64,000 nt of DNA from Adineta vaga (Eukaryota; Animalia; Rotifera), in the NCBI GenBank assembly GCA_021613535.1, contig CP075495.1:248001-312000 (forward strand), written 5' to 3'. Position 1 is the first letter of the stretch. Each line of letters starts with the position of its first letter. The translations under genes were made by a program, and so were the position numbers. Positions 27,482 to 40,700 of this stretch are shown here, piece by piece. The notes under the pieces are model-generated. The model was not told the origin of the DNA, made no database searches, and saw nothing but the letters and a program-made list of their open reading frames with translations.

Positions 27482-27980
27482 GGGTGTGGGTGTGTGGGTG
27501 GGTGTGGGTGCGGGTGTGGGTGAGGGTGTTGGTGTGGGTGAGGGTGGGTGTGGGTGTGAGTTCGGGTTTGCCTATAACTTGTTGGACTCCATTGAAATCA
27601 ACACCCACACCCACTCACACTCACCCACACCCACTCACACTCACCCACACCCACTCACACTCACCCACACCCACTCACACTCAACCACACCCACTCACAC
27701 TCACCCACACCCACTCACACTCACCCACACCCACTCACACTCACCCACACCCACTCACACTCACCCACACCCACTCACACTCAACCACACCTACTCACAC
27801 TCAACCACACCCAACCACAACCACACCCACACCCACTCACACTCAACCACACCCAACCACAACCACACCCACCCACACCCACCCAAACTCACCCACCCAC
27901 ACTCACCCACACCCAACCACACTCACCCACACCTAACCACACCCACCCACACTCACCCACGCCCAACCACAACCACACCC
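27482..27980. repeat. Inverted interstitial telomere-like cassette: (TGTGGG/TGAGGG)n, spacer, (CCCACA)n
   Basis: G-rich arm 27482-27559, ~40-bp spacer, then a C-rich arm with a 20-bp higher-order period (TCACCCACACCCACTCACAC). Confidence 0.9.
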
Positions 27981-28305
27981 TTCTTTATTGCTAAAATATG
28001 AAATTCCTACTGCTTTTTGCTGAATCAATTATGATACACTCAATCCTATAAAATTGGTCAAATGAAGTTTCCTTATTTCTCACAGCTTATTGCTAAATCG
28101 TATATTAATTATTGTGCATATAAATACCAGCCATTGCATTGTATATTGAATCTTGTATCTGATGGATTTGCTGAAAGGGAAATATATTAAGAAAAAGATG
28201 ATAATCAAGTGGAGGGAGGAAGATTAGGCAGAATTTGCTACATTGGGATTTCTTCTACTTTTAGATTACAAAAATAACATGCAGTTTGTACGAAAATCAA
28301 CTATA

Positions 28306-31300
28306 ATGACTAAATGCATATTTTGTTCCACACAATGTACAAATTATTGTTGTGCAAGATGTTATCAAATGAGTCGCGCTCAGAAGTTTTGGCGTTTACT
28401 GCAATTTTCGGAACGATGTTCTGAAAGTTTGGTTTATCACGACGGAATAGTGGGTGCAGTAGAACGGATTCAGCGTGTAAGTTTGTATTTGTATGGCTTT
28501 CTCTCTATATGGTTTTGTTTAGATGGAATTGATTTTAACACCACTGAAGTTTCATCCTTATTTAACATTTGATCATAGAATACATGTTGTGGATTTCGTG
28601 ACTAGACAATATCTTGAAAAGACATTAGTCGATGCTCGGCATCTTGTTCCAGTTGATGTTGATGCTGACGGAAACTGTCTTTATTATTCTGTTCTTGTTT
28701 TAATGAATAATTCAATGCTAACAGCTGCTGAAATTACGGGGTAAAGAGAGTTTATTTGTGTGTATAAAATATGAAAAGCTAACTATTTGATAATTTTCGG
28801 TCAGCACGATTGTTGAACTCATAAGGAATGAAAAGTTTTATACAAATCCGTACGCACATGTCGTCGGACCTATCAATATAGTTATCAAAGGTGTATGCAA
28901 AAACCGCACATTTTCGGAATTATACGAAATTTGTGCATTATGCAGCGTATTAGGATGTAGTATACGAAGTGTTTATCCTGATATTGACTTTCGGCATAAT
29001 ATGGCTGTTATGAATAACACCTTCACACCTGCTCCACCTGTCGTTGCGAATTACGAAATTACAATTTTGTGGTCTAATGTATTGAATGAAATGAGTGTGC
29101 GAGCATGTAATAACAACGTATGGAATCCTAATCATTTTGTTTCTCTTATGTCATCAAACGAGCATCATGAATCTGGTTATAGCAATCGGGTGGCCTTAAT
29201 TGTGAAGGTAAGTTGTTACTTTTATAGATAGATAATCAAGTAATTTTCACTTTCAATTTTTTCAAGACTCCTGAAAAAAAAACATTTAAAAACAATGCTA
29301 TTGCTCAAGTATCACTGAAAACAAAAAAGGTGTTATACGAAGTCATTTTTGCAACGAAATCGAAACCCTTTTGAAGGTTTCGTACCAACATAACATGCTT
29401 CTATTCAACTTGTTAACAGGTCATTAAGCTTTTTTGAGGGTTTCGTAGTTTCGCTACGAAACCTCTAAAAGGTTTAGGATCGTTGCAAACTGCGAAACCC
29501 TCTAAAGTTTGCATTTGATCTAGAAAACGTTTTGACACGGTCTTTGTTTTCTATGAAACCTTTTTTTAGTACACGAAACCCTCTTTGGTTTCGACTAACA
29601 CCTTTTTTGTTTTCAGTGTACGAATCCTTGAATTCCAGTCTTCTCCTAGCAGACGACTGCGCGGGGAAACCAACAGCCACAGTGATCACGTTGAATCGAT
29701 TAGTTCGAATGGAATGGAGCAAGATTATCTAAACCTAAAAGAGCAACGTCAAATTCGGCTTGAAAAGAACAGTGAACGAGCTCAATCTCGGCGAGCAATT
29801 GAAACAGAAGAGCTGCGTCAAAATCGATCAGGTAAGAACAAAGAACGTATGAAGTCTGATCGAACCAACGAAACTGCCGAACTATATCAGATTCGAATCG
29901 ACCATCAAAGGGAATGAAGTCAGACCAATAAGGGCAACAAAAAACGTACTGCTTGTAATTCGATAAATAAATTAGGACGAAACGAAAATATGACAAAGAT
30001 GAATAAAACTACAATTTCTCCGAACTGGTCTGAACCAATTTCTACTAAATTGAAAGAAGCTTGCTTGCAACAGTTTATTCAACAAATGTCTATGTCAGTA
30101 CTGGCTGAGGTTACTTGTGCAATTTGCAATGCTCGCAGTCCAGAACAACAGTCATCAAAAATCCCAACATTCAAAATACCTCACGTGCATTTACTCAAAG
30201 CTCTCGATGAGATCAACGATTTAATTATCAATACTGAGTCAAATTTACAAAAGTCTATCGGTAATAATCTATGAATGATTGGATATATTCAAATTGGTAA
30301 ACAATTTTAATTCTGTTTTAGATTCTTCAAACTTAAATTCGTCATCATTTTACTACGAGAATGGCATTTTTCTTCATGCTAATGGTGTATTTCAAGAAAA
30401 TAACATTAACATGTGTACACTTTGCCAAAATTGTTATGATTCACTGTGGGAAGAAAATATTCCAAAGTTTTCAGCAGCGAACAACATGTGGTTAGAAGAT
30501 GTGCCAGCTGAATTACAGGGCCTGACAATTCCAAAAGAAAAGTTGATTTCGCTACATCGTCACAATCGCTTTATAATAAAATTCCATTCACCTTTTCACT
30601 CTGCGTCCACTGCACAAAGTGCTTTAAGAGGCAATTGTATTACTTTCCTTCAAAATTTACCTAATATTGTCAACAGTTTACCACTTTTAATGGAGGATAT
30701 ATGTGACACGCTCAAAGTGATATTTATCGGTGCTCGTCCTCCCCAGCGTATTCAACTAAAAAGAGTTCTTACAGTGCGAAAGAAAAAGGTTGCCCAAGCG
30801 CTGTATTGGTTAAAAAAATATAATATATTTTATAAAAATATCGATATAAATATGGATAATATTATGAAATTACCTGAGGACGATGTACCAGAATCCATTA
30901 TGTTAACAATGGAACAAAAGATAGGCGATGAACAGGAACCATCTGAAAGAGCTGGATACATTCCTGATCCTTTATTAAATCCAGCAGAATCTATTATTTC
31001 AGACAGCATTCCTATTAACAACAGGTAGGCGTCACTATTTACAAAAATTTCATAGAAATAGTAATCTTTTCTTATTAGCGCTGTTCTTGATGTGAACGGT
31101 TCATCAGTATCTTCAGATGAAATTAATAACTATCTCTTGAAAAAAATGAGACACGATGGAACGGATAGTTAGACGGATATCGAAAACGTTTATTTGATTC
31201 CGCATTCTTCAAAACCTGTCAATGGGTATTTTAATCCAAAACTATTAGTAGGTCTGTATCCAACTCTGTTCTGCTACGGACGGGGAGTACCTGAAGATTA

Positions 31301-32490
31301 GTCAAGACCAATCACCATCAGCTTACGAGAACATATACGTTATCTTCTATCATATGATGATCGACGTTTTGAAAAGAGTCACAGTTTCATTTTTGTAGTC
31401 TTTAATATGTTGCAAAGACGTGATGCATGTCTTCATGCTCAACTTATAGCTACGAAACCTTACTTTCGATCTTCTGCTCACGAAATCCAATCATTAAAGA
31501 GTTCTGATATTGAAACAGCTCTCAAGAATATATCTACTAAAACATATGATATGAGTTCTAACAAGGCATTAGGTAAACTATTAAATCATATTAAAACAAT
31601 CGGTGGTCGAGTCATGGGTTCAGCATATTCACGTACAATGTTACGCACACGTATCCATGCACTAATTTTCAATCAAGGACTACCAAGCATATTTCTCACT
31701 CTTAATCCAGCCGATATTCACAGTCCCGTAGCATTATATTTTGCGGGCGTCAAACTTGATTTGCACAATGTTCGACTGGATCAATTCATAGATACTTACA
31801 AACGTGCGGAAATTATTGCTTCTCATCCTGTGGCAACGGCCAAGTTCTTTCGTGTATTGATTTCCAATATCTTAGATACAATGATTTGTGGAGGTGTAAT
31901 CGGTCCTGTGAAAGCCTATTTTAGTACTATTGAAAGTCAAGGACGAGGTTCGCTTCATTTGCATCTTCTCATCTGGCTTGATCATGATATGAAACCAGCT
32001 GATATGAAGGAGAAGATTCAAGATCCAGATTTTCGTGAAAAACTCATAGCATACTTAGAAGATATTATTAAAGAAGATTTAGATGAATTTAAAGACAAAC
32101 CCAATAGTAAAAACAATTTTTAATACCATATCAATATCGTTTTTATTTATTCTTTTAGATTCACAACCATGCAATACTTCGCCACAATTGTCAAAAGATA
32201 ATATTAATACGGGTTTACGTACTATTGATATTTCAGATTTAGAACAACAGACAAATCATTCTGATATTTTTTCGACACCAGTCAAAGGACGTTCATCTCC
32301 ATCCATTTCTTATACATCACCGTCCATTCTTAGTGGCTCTCCATCCATTCCTTATACGTCTCCATCGATTTTTTATAGATCTTCATCGATTCCTTATGCA
32401 TCTTCAGTACGTAGCGAGCTATTTCAAGCGCCATCATGTCATGAATCGACATCCCATATGAATTTAAAGATTTCTAATAGAAAATGAAAT
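28306..32490 (+). mobile_element. Helitron2/Helentron copy 2 (pseudogene, truncated after Rep motif 2)
   Basis: MTKCIFCSTQC, DADGNCLYYS, WNPNHFVSL, CAICN, FSAANNMW and ESQGRGSLHLH. Same intron positions as copy 1, with internal stops. Confidence 0.9.
29313..29618. mobile_element. MITE inserted in Helitron copy 2
   Basis: 23-bp perfect TIR CACTGAAAACAAAAAAGGTGTTA, TA target, internal GAAACC/GGTTTC motifs. It interrupts the codons for QV|RI. Confidence 0.88.
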
Positions 32491-32495
32491 AATAC

Positions 32496-32596
32496 GGGTG
32501 AGGGTGAGTGGGTGTGAGTTTAACTGGTTTGACTTCATTAAAATCAACACCTACACCTACCCACCTCCGCACACCCACCCACACCCACTCCCACAC
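32496..32596. repeat. Second inverted telomere-like cassette with a related spacer
   Basis: GGGTGAGGGTGAGTGGGTGTGAG, spacer TAACTGGTTTGACTTCATTAAAATCAAC, then a C-rich arm. The spacer is homologous to 27575-27601. Confidence 0.8.
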
Positions 32597-32630
32597 GCTT
32601 CTCAATACTTGAAGATGTGGTTGTTGGCCA

Positions 32631-34450
32631 CACCCTAAAAAAGGGTACTTTACTGTACTTTAAAGGTTCAGTAGTTCTGCGACGTACTATTATAAGTTCG
32701 GTAGAGTGGAAAAGGTTCCGTAGCCGACGCAGAAAATCTTTTTAGGTTCCGAAATCCATACATAGTTACGTAGTCTTTCTACTAAACCTCGAAAAGGTTA
32801 TTTATGTGTCGAACTAAACTACTGATGGTTTCGCCTCATTCGAATGGAACTACTGAAGGTTCAGTACGTGGTCTAAAGGTTTCGCCGAGTTTATACTGAA
32901 CCTTGCATAGTTCAGTAAACCTCCCAAAGGATCTGTGAAGCATATACGAATCCAAAGGTGATTTTATAAAGCACCTTAAAGTTTTGTCCACTATATCCGA
33001 AACCAACGATCATTTCATCAACATCGCACAGGTTCTGTATCATATCTACGAAATCGAAGGAGGTTTCGGAAATAACCTTAAGGTTTCGTATATAATGTAC
33101 AAAACTATTCCTAGTTTCGTCAAACATCTGCGAAACCTTTGATAGTTCTATAACGTCTCCTCAAGTTTTTAGCATGATCTACGAAACCAGTGACAGCTCT
33201 ATAAATCATCGTAAGGTTTTGTAGGTTGTCCAGAAAACCACTGATAGTTCCGTAAACAGACTTGAGGTTTCGCAGAATATCTGGAAAAACCATCGTAGTT
33301 CAGTACACAACCATGAGGTTTCGTACTCACTATACAAAACTAGTGGGATTTCTGTAAACAATCGCAAGGTTTGGTACAGTTTTTGCCAAACTGTCGCTGA
33401 CTTTGTACATTGTTCAAAGATTTGAGAAAATCTACGCTAAACTGTGATGACTTCTATATGCTTGTAACTGGTTCAGTACAGCTTTAAGGATACGATAATC
33501 TACTTCGTAGAATGAGTAGAGACTTGAAAGAATTTTTACCAACCTATCAATTGTTTCATGGAACGGTTCAAGGTTTCGTAGGATATATTCAAATATATGA
33601 ATATATCCGTATACTTCAAAGTGGTTCCGTATAAGTTGTACGAAACGATCTATGGTATCGTAAAGATTGTTAGAGTTCAGCGAACTTTCTACGGAACCAT
33701 TGACAAATATCATTGGTTGATTTAACAAACACAGGATTCAGTGAAAGATATGGCTATACATACCGACCGATGTCCACTTTTCAATAGACCGGCAGGTGAG
33801 ACTATATATACCCATGTATTCTTCATTTCTTCTATATTTACTAGTCCGTCACTTATGACTATTCATGTCGGTGGCATCTACTTTCCAATAGACCAGCAGG
33901 CAAAGAGGAAAGTGATGATATGTTATAAACTACATCCTATCTTCTTGACTGTTTACAATCAATCTCAATGGATTTAGTGCAATGGCCAACACCCACGCCA
34001 TCAGGTAGTGAGACTGGTAAGTTTATTTGAGAAATAATAATGAAATTTCATATTTCTTTTATAGGTAGTTCAAGTATTGAGAAAAGTAAGTTTATATCTA
34101 AATTAATAAGGAGACTTTATTTTTCTATTGTAAGTTATTAAAGTCATCCAAAAGCTTCCGTTGGAAACCTTTACTGGGGAACCTGGTGTGCTGCTAGGTA
34201 AGAATGCTATGGTGTCAAAGGTTTGGTTTAGAGTCTTTGGGGTTCTGATTCCAACAGTTTGATACTGAATCTTTCATTAAAAACTTTTTGGGTACATTAT
34301 GTGAAATGGTTTTGTACGGAACCTTCATGATCCCTTTTTCCGAAAGGATTTTATACAAAACCTTTTTTGTGCGGAACCAATAAGTGGTTTCGACTTTGTG
34401 CCCAGAGGAAGATCCTTTTTTGGGTTTGTAGGAATCCGTTTTTTAGAGTA
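32631..34450. mobile_element. Degenerate non-autonomous TIR DNA transposon (CACTCTAAAAAA-type ends, possibly EnSpm/CACTA-like)
   Basis: Imperfect TIRs CACCCTAAAAAAGG and CCGTTTTTTAGAGTA. Many subterminal GAAACC/GGTTTC/GGTTC motifs. No transposase ORF. Confidence 0.55.
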
Positions 34451-34894
34451 TAGTCTCGAGTACCGGCGAAAAAAGTGCGCAACTGTTAAGTTCAGAACAG
34501 GAGAAAAAGGTTTTGTACTAAGATATAACACTCTTGTCAAGTTCATCGAGAAGCACTAAAAGTTTCGAATACTACTAAGAAACTTTTCTGTGGTACTGAA
34601 CTGAAAAGTTTCCAAAGAGAAGAATCTTTTTAGCGATATTCGCGAAGATTCTTTCTAGGTTAGTGGAATTCTTGTTGTGTGGGAATGGATGCTTTCTATT
34701 GAAACACTCAGATTCGCACCCTTAACCTCAACATGATGTATGATTCAGAAGAAGCTTAATGTTCACAGACGCAAACTGTTTATTACTGCAACTTCTATGG
34801 AGTTTTGACCGGAACATGGTCACCGTTATGTTTCTTTTCAAGATCAATTTTTTTAGCTTTTGAGCACTGTATATATCTGATTGAATATTGCAGT

Positions 34895-36427
34895 ATGGCT
34901 AAGATAAAAGTTATTGGTATAAGATACTCATGGCGGACGTTGTTCTCTATAGCTATAGTATTTATTCTGTACAATGTTTACACAGTTTTAATAAAAGTCG
35001 TTCTAAAAAATAAGATCGCGTGTCCCAATGATAACAATCTTATACACTGGTCTTTAACATCTCAATCTGACTATGTAATAAGTACTGATGATACATTAAA
35101 GAAAATGGGATTTAAATATGTGCACTTTGAATTAACCAATGAACATATTGACGTACTGCACAAACATGTTCCATCTGCTCCACCCAACGATTTTCGACGT
35201 TTACTGGAACGAGCACGTGCATTTGGTGACGGACTGAGACAACTAGAGGCCCTTCATATCATGAAACTGTGCGAATTTGTTGGATTTACAAAAATACCAC
35301 ATCTACCTATTAGTTCTTCGTTTTCCGATACGGACAGATTCATCACAACGCTCGTTAACTTAGAGAAAAATTTGTTTCCCTTTCTTTCGCGGTATTATCG
35401 ATCAGCACTTCACTTAAAATATTCATTCAGCGGTAGAGGCATAGTCTTAGCAGTTGGAAACCATCATGCTCAAATGGCTTATGCAAGTATTAGACTACTT
35501 CGCTCAATGAATTGCAATCTTCCTATTGAAATCTTTTACAATGGCGAGGAGGATCTGAATTCCAAAAATCGTAAGCAACTAGAGCAGTTATTATCTGTTG
35601 AAAGTCGAAATATTCAAGAGCTTATTGATGATACATTCGTCAAGGTGACTGGATGGGCTATAAAACCATTCGCAATCCTCTTTTCTCGCTTTGCTGAAGT
35701 GATTTTCATGGATGCTGACGTTGTTTTTCTTCAAGACCCTTCTAGCCTCTTTAATCATGTAGGTTATCAACGGGCTCGCGCTCTGTTTTACTATGATCGC
35801 ACAGTTGGTGAACCAAATCGGGAAACAGTCGCATGGTTATCTAGTTTGTTTCAGAAACCTTGGAACAAGCGGTTATCGCACGCAAATCGTATACTTGCAA
35901 ATCTCTCTCATGATAATCAAGAATCTGGCGTAATTGTACTCGACAAGCTTGCGCGATTTTCTGGTCTTTTAGTAACTTGTAAACTGAACTCTATAAATGA
36001 GAGGAATTCAATTACATATAAATTTTTTTATGGCGACAAAGAAACATTCTGGTTGGGCCAAGAAATGGTAGACGATGATTATGCATTTGATCCTCATTTG
36101 AGTGGTGCCATAGGGATAGCAGCGCACAATCTGAATCCTAAAGAGAAGTTAGCTACGATTTGTGGCACACAAATAGTTCATTTCGATACTGAAAGAAAAA
36201 TTCTTTGGTTTAATCAATTTGTGTTACTAGATAAATATAAATCATCCACGACTTTAGCTCATTTTGAACATTATGTACAAGAGCCTGGGATTTACAGTCA
36301 AAAATCAGACCATATATTTTGTCTTCATGTCACAGGACAAGTATTCCAGCTCACTGCAAATGAAAAAAAACTCATTGCTACTGTAATAAGTTATTGGAAC
36401 GAAGCCAAAAGCCTTATGAAACACTGA
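34895..36427 (+). CDS. Alpha-1,2/1,3-mannosyltransferase, GT71 (MNN1/MNN2/MNT-like, Mannosyl_trans3), intronless, 510 aa
   Basis: Type II N-terminal TM. Motifs GRGIV, LPIEIFY, GWAIKPFAILFSRFAEVIFMDAD (DxD), FYYDRT, QESGVIVLDK and YGDKETFWLG. First ATG at 34895. Confidence 0.9.
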   Translation: MAKIKVIGIRYSWRTLFSIAIVFILYNVYTVLIKVVLKNKIACPNDNNLIHWSLTSQSDYVISTDDTLKKMGFKYVHFELTNEHIDVLHKHVPSAPPNDFRRLLERARAFGDGLRQLEALHIMKLCEFVGFTKIPHLPISSSFSDTDRFITTLVNLEKNLFPFLSRYYRSALHLKYSFSGRGIVLAVGNHHAQMAYASIRLLRSMNCNLPIEIFYNGEEDLNSKNRKQLEQLLSVESRNIQELIDDTFVKVTGWAIKPFAILFSRFAEVIFMDADVVFLQDPSSLFNHVGYQRARALFYYDRTVGEPNRETVAWLSSLFQKPWNKRLSHANRILANLSHDNQESGVIVLDKLARFSGLLVTCKLNSINERNSITYKFFYGDKETFWLGQEMVDDDYAFDPHLSGAIGIAAHNLNPKEKLATICGTQIVHFDTERKILWFNQFVLLDKYKSSTTLAHFEHYVQEPGIYSQKSDHIFCLHVTGQVFQLTANEKKLIATVISYWNEAKSLMKH

Positions 36428-36625
36428 ATTACATCCTTCCAGTTACTTATTTCGCTTTCAGATCTTTAACATTTGAAAAAGCCTGGGCGATAGTGGCATC
36501 GTGAGGGGTAGGACAACGTGGGCTCATCAAAGAACCGGTCGATATGTTCTCCTTTGATTTCAGGAACTTCTCTTAAACAGTTAAAACTATATTCATTAGC
36601 TTCCTTTTCATACACTCTTTTAAGC

Positions 36626-36702
36626 GGGTGTGGGTGTGGTTGTGGGTTTGGGTATATCTTCTTTACTCATCCACATGTACACGCACACGCACACCCACAC
36701 CC
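36626..36702. repeat. Small inverted telomere-like cassette
   Basis: GGGTGTGGGTGTGG...CACACCCACACCC foldback, about 200 bp downstream of the GT71 stop. Confidence 0.65.
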
Positions 36703-36841
36703 TCAAGATGCATTTTCATTTTGGAACAAATGGATGTGTTAGTTAACTTTTCGAACAGAAGAAGAAATCTCGTCTTTCTTTTCACTGAAATTTATCTTTG
36801 AGATAAATTTTAACAAAAGCAATATTATTGATTAAGATCAT

Positions 36842-37050
36842 TGTAACGACAAAGATATCACCTCAGGGGGTGATATCAATATAATATCATCTCTCCCAAT
36901 CATGCGTATCCTCTTATTCTTCTCTCTCTTCCTCTCTCTATATAAGCGTGCATTGTATTGTAGAGTGGTTACACTCTGGGTATGTGAGATAGCCGAATAA
37001 ACATCTATACCGTGAGAAGCGGTCAGCTACTCAACCAGTTTATCGTTACA
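36842..37050 (+). mobile_element. Solo LTR of the TRIM family at 3010-4717
   Basis: TGTAACGA...TCGTTACA, close match to the reverse complement of 3010-3230, 5-bp TSD ATCAT (36837-36841, 37051-37055). Confidence 0.93.
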
Positions 37051-37245
37051 ATCATAACTTCAGAAAATGAACATTCTATATCAGAATCATTTTTTCTGAA
37101 TAGAACGATTCTTTTTATTCTAAAATTCAAAAAGAAAACAAAAATCAACCTCGTTTTTATGAGTTTAATCAAAGTAGAACTGTAAAAAGAGTTTTTTAAA
37201 AACCGAAAAATGAAGCAGAAAATAAAAAAGAAATTTTTCATTTTA

Positions 37246-37284
37246 TACGAGCTTTCGATGCTAATCATGCATCATCATCAGGTA
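37246..37284 (-). ncRNA. Minimal hammerhead ribozyme (3' pLTR)
   Basis: TAC-CTGATGA-T-GATGC(ATGATTA)GCATC-GAA-AGCT-C-GTA: conserved core, stem II, palindromic stem III, 3-bp stem I. Confidence 0.85.
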
Positions 37285-37704
37285 GATCATTAAAAAGATT
37301 TATTATATAGCGATATTTTATAACAATGATATAATTAGAAAGAAAAACTTGAAAAATTATATAAATTATTGATTGAGATAAATTGTTTTATCGGAATATG
37401 TAAAGAATTAATAAATAAAACTTAAGAGAATTGAGGGAATAAGATTGATTATAATAACAAAGATTTCATAATAATTAGAATAAATATAATTTTTGTCGAA
37501 ATTAAATTGGAATACAAACTGGTCTTATTCAGATAAATATAATTAACTTAATTAATGTAGATTTTAGAAGTAATTGGAAATTACGCAGATAATTAATGAT
37601 TGATTATGAAAAAAGGTTAATAAATAAATCAAATTGAAATCTTGTAAAAGATAAATAGAATAATTACGAATTAACTAATGAGAATTCATGATTGATAAAA
37701 TAGA

Positions 37705-40700
37705 CTAAAAAATACAGGTTTTAAACGAAATATCGTTGATTGCTATGTTGTTAAATTTTTTGGTTAAGATAGTTTCTTTTATTTCTCTTTTCTTCTCATT
37801 ACCTTCATTTGCTAATACAGCGACATCTTCAAATTTAAATTTGTGATTGTACGTTATTATATGATTCATTAAGTTACTATGTTTAGGTTTATCACTATTA
37901 ATGTTCTCTTGATGTTGTTTCATTCTTTCTTGGATAGTCTTACTTGTTTGTCCTATATATACTTTATCACACGCACCACAGTTAACTTGATATATAACTC
38001 CACTTTTATTGATTTGTTCACCTTTTAAATTGTTAATGAAAAAATTTCCAATTGTTTTATTCTTTTTAAAAATTATTCTAACATTGATGTTTAATTTCTT
38101 AAATAAATTTGTTAATTTTCTACTGTAGATATATGATTCTTTTCCCAAATAACTTAGTACAATGTTAATTCTATCATCATTTTGCATATGATTATTATTC
38201 GAATTATAATTACTCATGCTATTTGATGTTATCTTATTGTTATCATTATTTATATTTAAATTCATGTTGTTATTAATTATTTGATTATTAACATCACAAT
38301 TATTCTTTTGTTGCTTAATTTGATTATGTATATAAGCTGGATTATTATTAAAACAATTCTCAATTATTGAATGATTATCTATTTCATGGTTATTAATGAT
38401 TAATTTAATGTCGTGCTTAATATTCTGGTTAGTATTATTCTCATTGTTATTCAGAATATTGTTGTTTAGAATTGGTTTATTAATCATATTGTTGTTATCA
38501 ATTCTGATCTTATCTTGTTGTGGTTTCTTGTTTTTTTGATGATTACACATGGTTGATTTAAGATTATTCGATTGATTATCAATTGTATTAATATTTCTTT
38601 CTTTCTTATGATCATTGTTTAAATTATTGTTGTTATCATTCTTTATATTCAAATTCTTTTCAATATTATTAATTACTTCATGTATCATGTGTTGATTCAT
38701 AGATTTATTTAAGACTTTATCTGATATTGGATTAACTTTCTTAGGTTGTGGTGTTTCTTTAACTATGTTATTATTGTTATTATATTGTATTGATGATAAG
38801 GATGATGATATACTGCTGCTATTTGTATTATTATTCAATTTCAACTTTTCTGTGTCAGATATTAATTGATCGAAAGGTACGATAATTGATCTATTAATGT
38901 TTAAATGGTTAGGCTTGTTATATTTTATATCTTGTTTATTTATTCTTGAATTATCATAAGTTATTGGTTCAATTGAGTTATTATTTAATTGAGTATCGAA
39001 ATTCAAATTCGTATTATTTGTATGTGTTATTTCAAATAATTGTTGATTATCTAATTCTCGATTCATTACGTTATTCAGTTGATATGTATTATCAATATTA
39101 TTATTTAATGATTGAATGTTAATGTTATTTTGGTTATTATTCATATGTAAATTATGTATCAATAAGGTACTATTATTATTATTTGTTATCTGTTGTTTAA
39201 TGTTTATATTTGTATAAGATAATGATCTTCTTTTTTCTTTAGGATTTTCATCATTTAAATTAACATAGAATATATGGTTATTTGATGAAGTACTACATTG
39301 TGATAAATATCTATGATGATTAGAAATTGTTTCATTCGATTGATTACTATTAAAATTATTATTATTATTGATGCTTAATTGTTCCATTTGTATTTGATTA
39401 ACAATATCAGAATTATTACTAGTAATGTTTAATTTTTCATTATTATTATTTTCAATGGTATTAGTAGTAGTATTATTCATATTATCAATCTTTATCATAT
39501 CATTATTTATTATATTAATGTTGATATTATCTTTATTGTTATTATTGATGGTAACGTGATTGTTAGTTGTATTCATTATAATATTATTTTGATTTGTATT
39601 CAATAATATTCTTTCTCTTTCTTTAAGTAATGTTCGTTCTATTGTTCTTCTGATAATTTTTATTGGATAACCATTGTTATTAAGAACGGATTTAATATGA
39701 TCTATTTCAATGTTCAATAGTGAGTCATTTGAACATATTCGATATGCTCTTATAGTTAAAGTTCTGATCAAACCGATTTTTTGATATTGTGGTAAACAAG
39801 CATCCCATTTCATATAAAGATTGGTATGAGTTGTCTTTCTGTAAAGTGAAGTTTCAATGACATTATGATTCCGTGTTAACTTCACATCTAAGAATGCAAG
39901 TGATCTATCTCTTTCTGATTCATGTGTAAATTTTATATTGATATGTAATGAGTTAATATAATTCAAGATCTTCAATGCATCATCTTTTGTCCCTTGGATG
40001 ATAGTGAAAACATCATCTACATAATGATACCAAATCTTGATATTCAATTCTGGATTGTTTAATATGTATTTTTCTTCTAGATCACATACAAATATATTTG
40101 CTAAAATAGGAGCCAAAGGTGAGCCCATGGCTACACCTTGTATTTGTCGATAATAATTATTATAAAAGCGAAAGTGTAAATTACGTACGGCTAAGTTAAA
40201 AAGAATAAATAATTCATTTTTTGTGATTTTGTTTATTTTAGTACGTTTTTTATTTTGAAAGATAAGTTCAACTGCTATTTCAATAGCTTCAGAGACGGGC
40301 ACATTAGGATACAATTGCTCAATATCAAAACTTAACATTAATTCGTTATCATCGATTGGTTTATGTTTAATCAGTTTAACAAAACTAAATGAATCTTTAA
40401 TGTAAGATTGGCTTTCGTTACGTACTGATTTAATGACATTCGATAAAAAACCAGCTATTTCATAACTTGGAGCATTATACATAGCAATGATTGGTCTTAA
40501 TGGACAATTGGTTTTATGAATTTTCACAGTACAATATAAGACTGGAATTGAACTACCAGATATAAATAACTCATCATAGATCTGTTTAGTAATTTTCTTT
40601 TCTTTTAATAATGCAGATAATCTACGATTAATAATTCCTTCATCTATTCTAGATTCATCATTTGCTATTTTAAGGAATTTATTTGGATCACTTAGCATTT

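Noticed and set aside
27414-28001. HT/PT-repeat ORFs (167 and 171 aa)
   Set aside because: Translations of telomere-like repeats that contain no stop codons.
34805-34894. N-terminal 30 aa of the 540-aa ORF call
   Set aside because: The call starts at TTG. In a eukaryote the ATG at 34895 gives a proper type II membrane topology.
37023-37268. 81-aa ORF duplicating the Penelope N-terminus
   Set aside because: It is the 3' pLTR extension reading into flanking DNA and the solo LTR.
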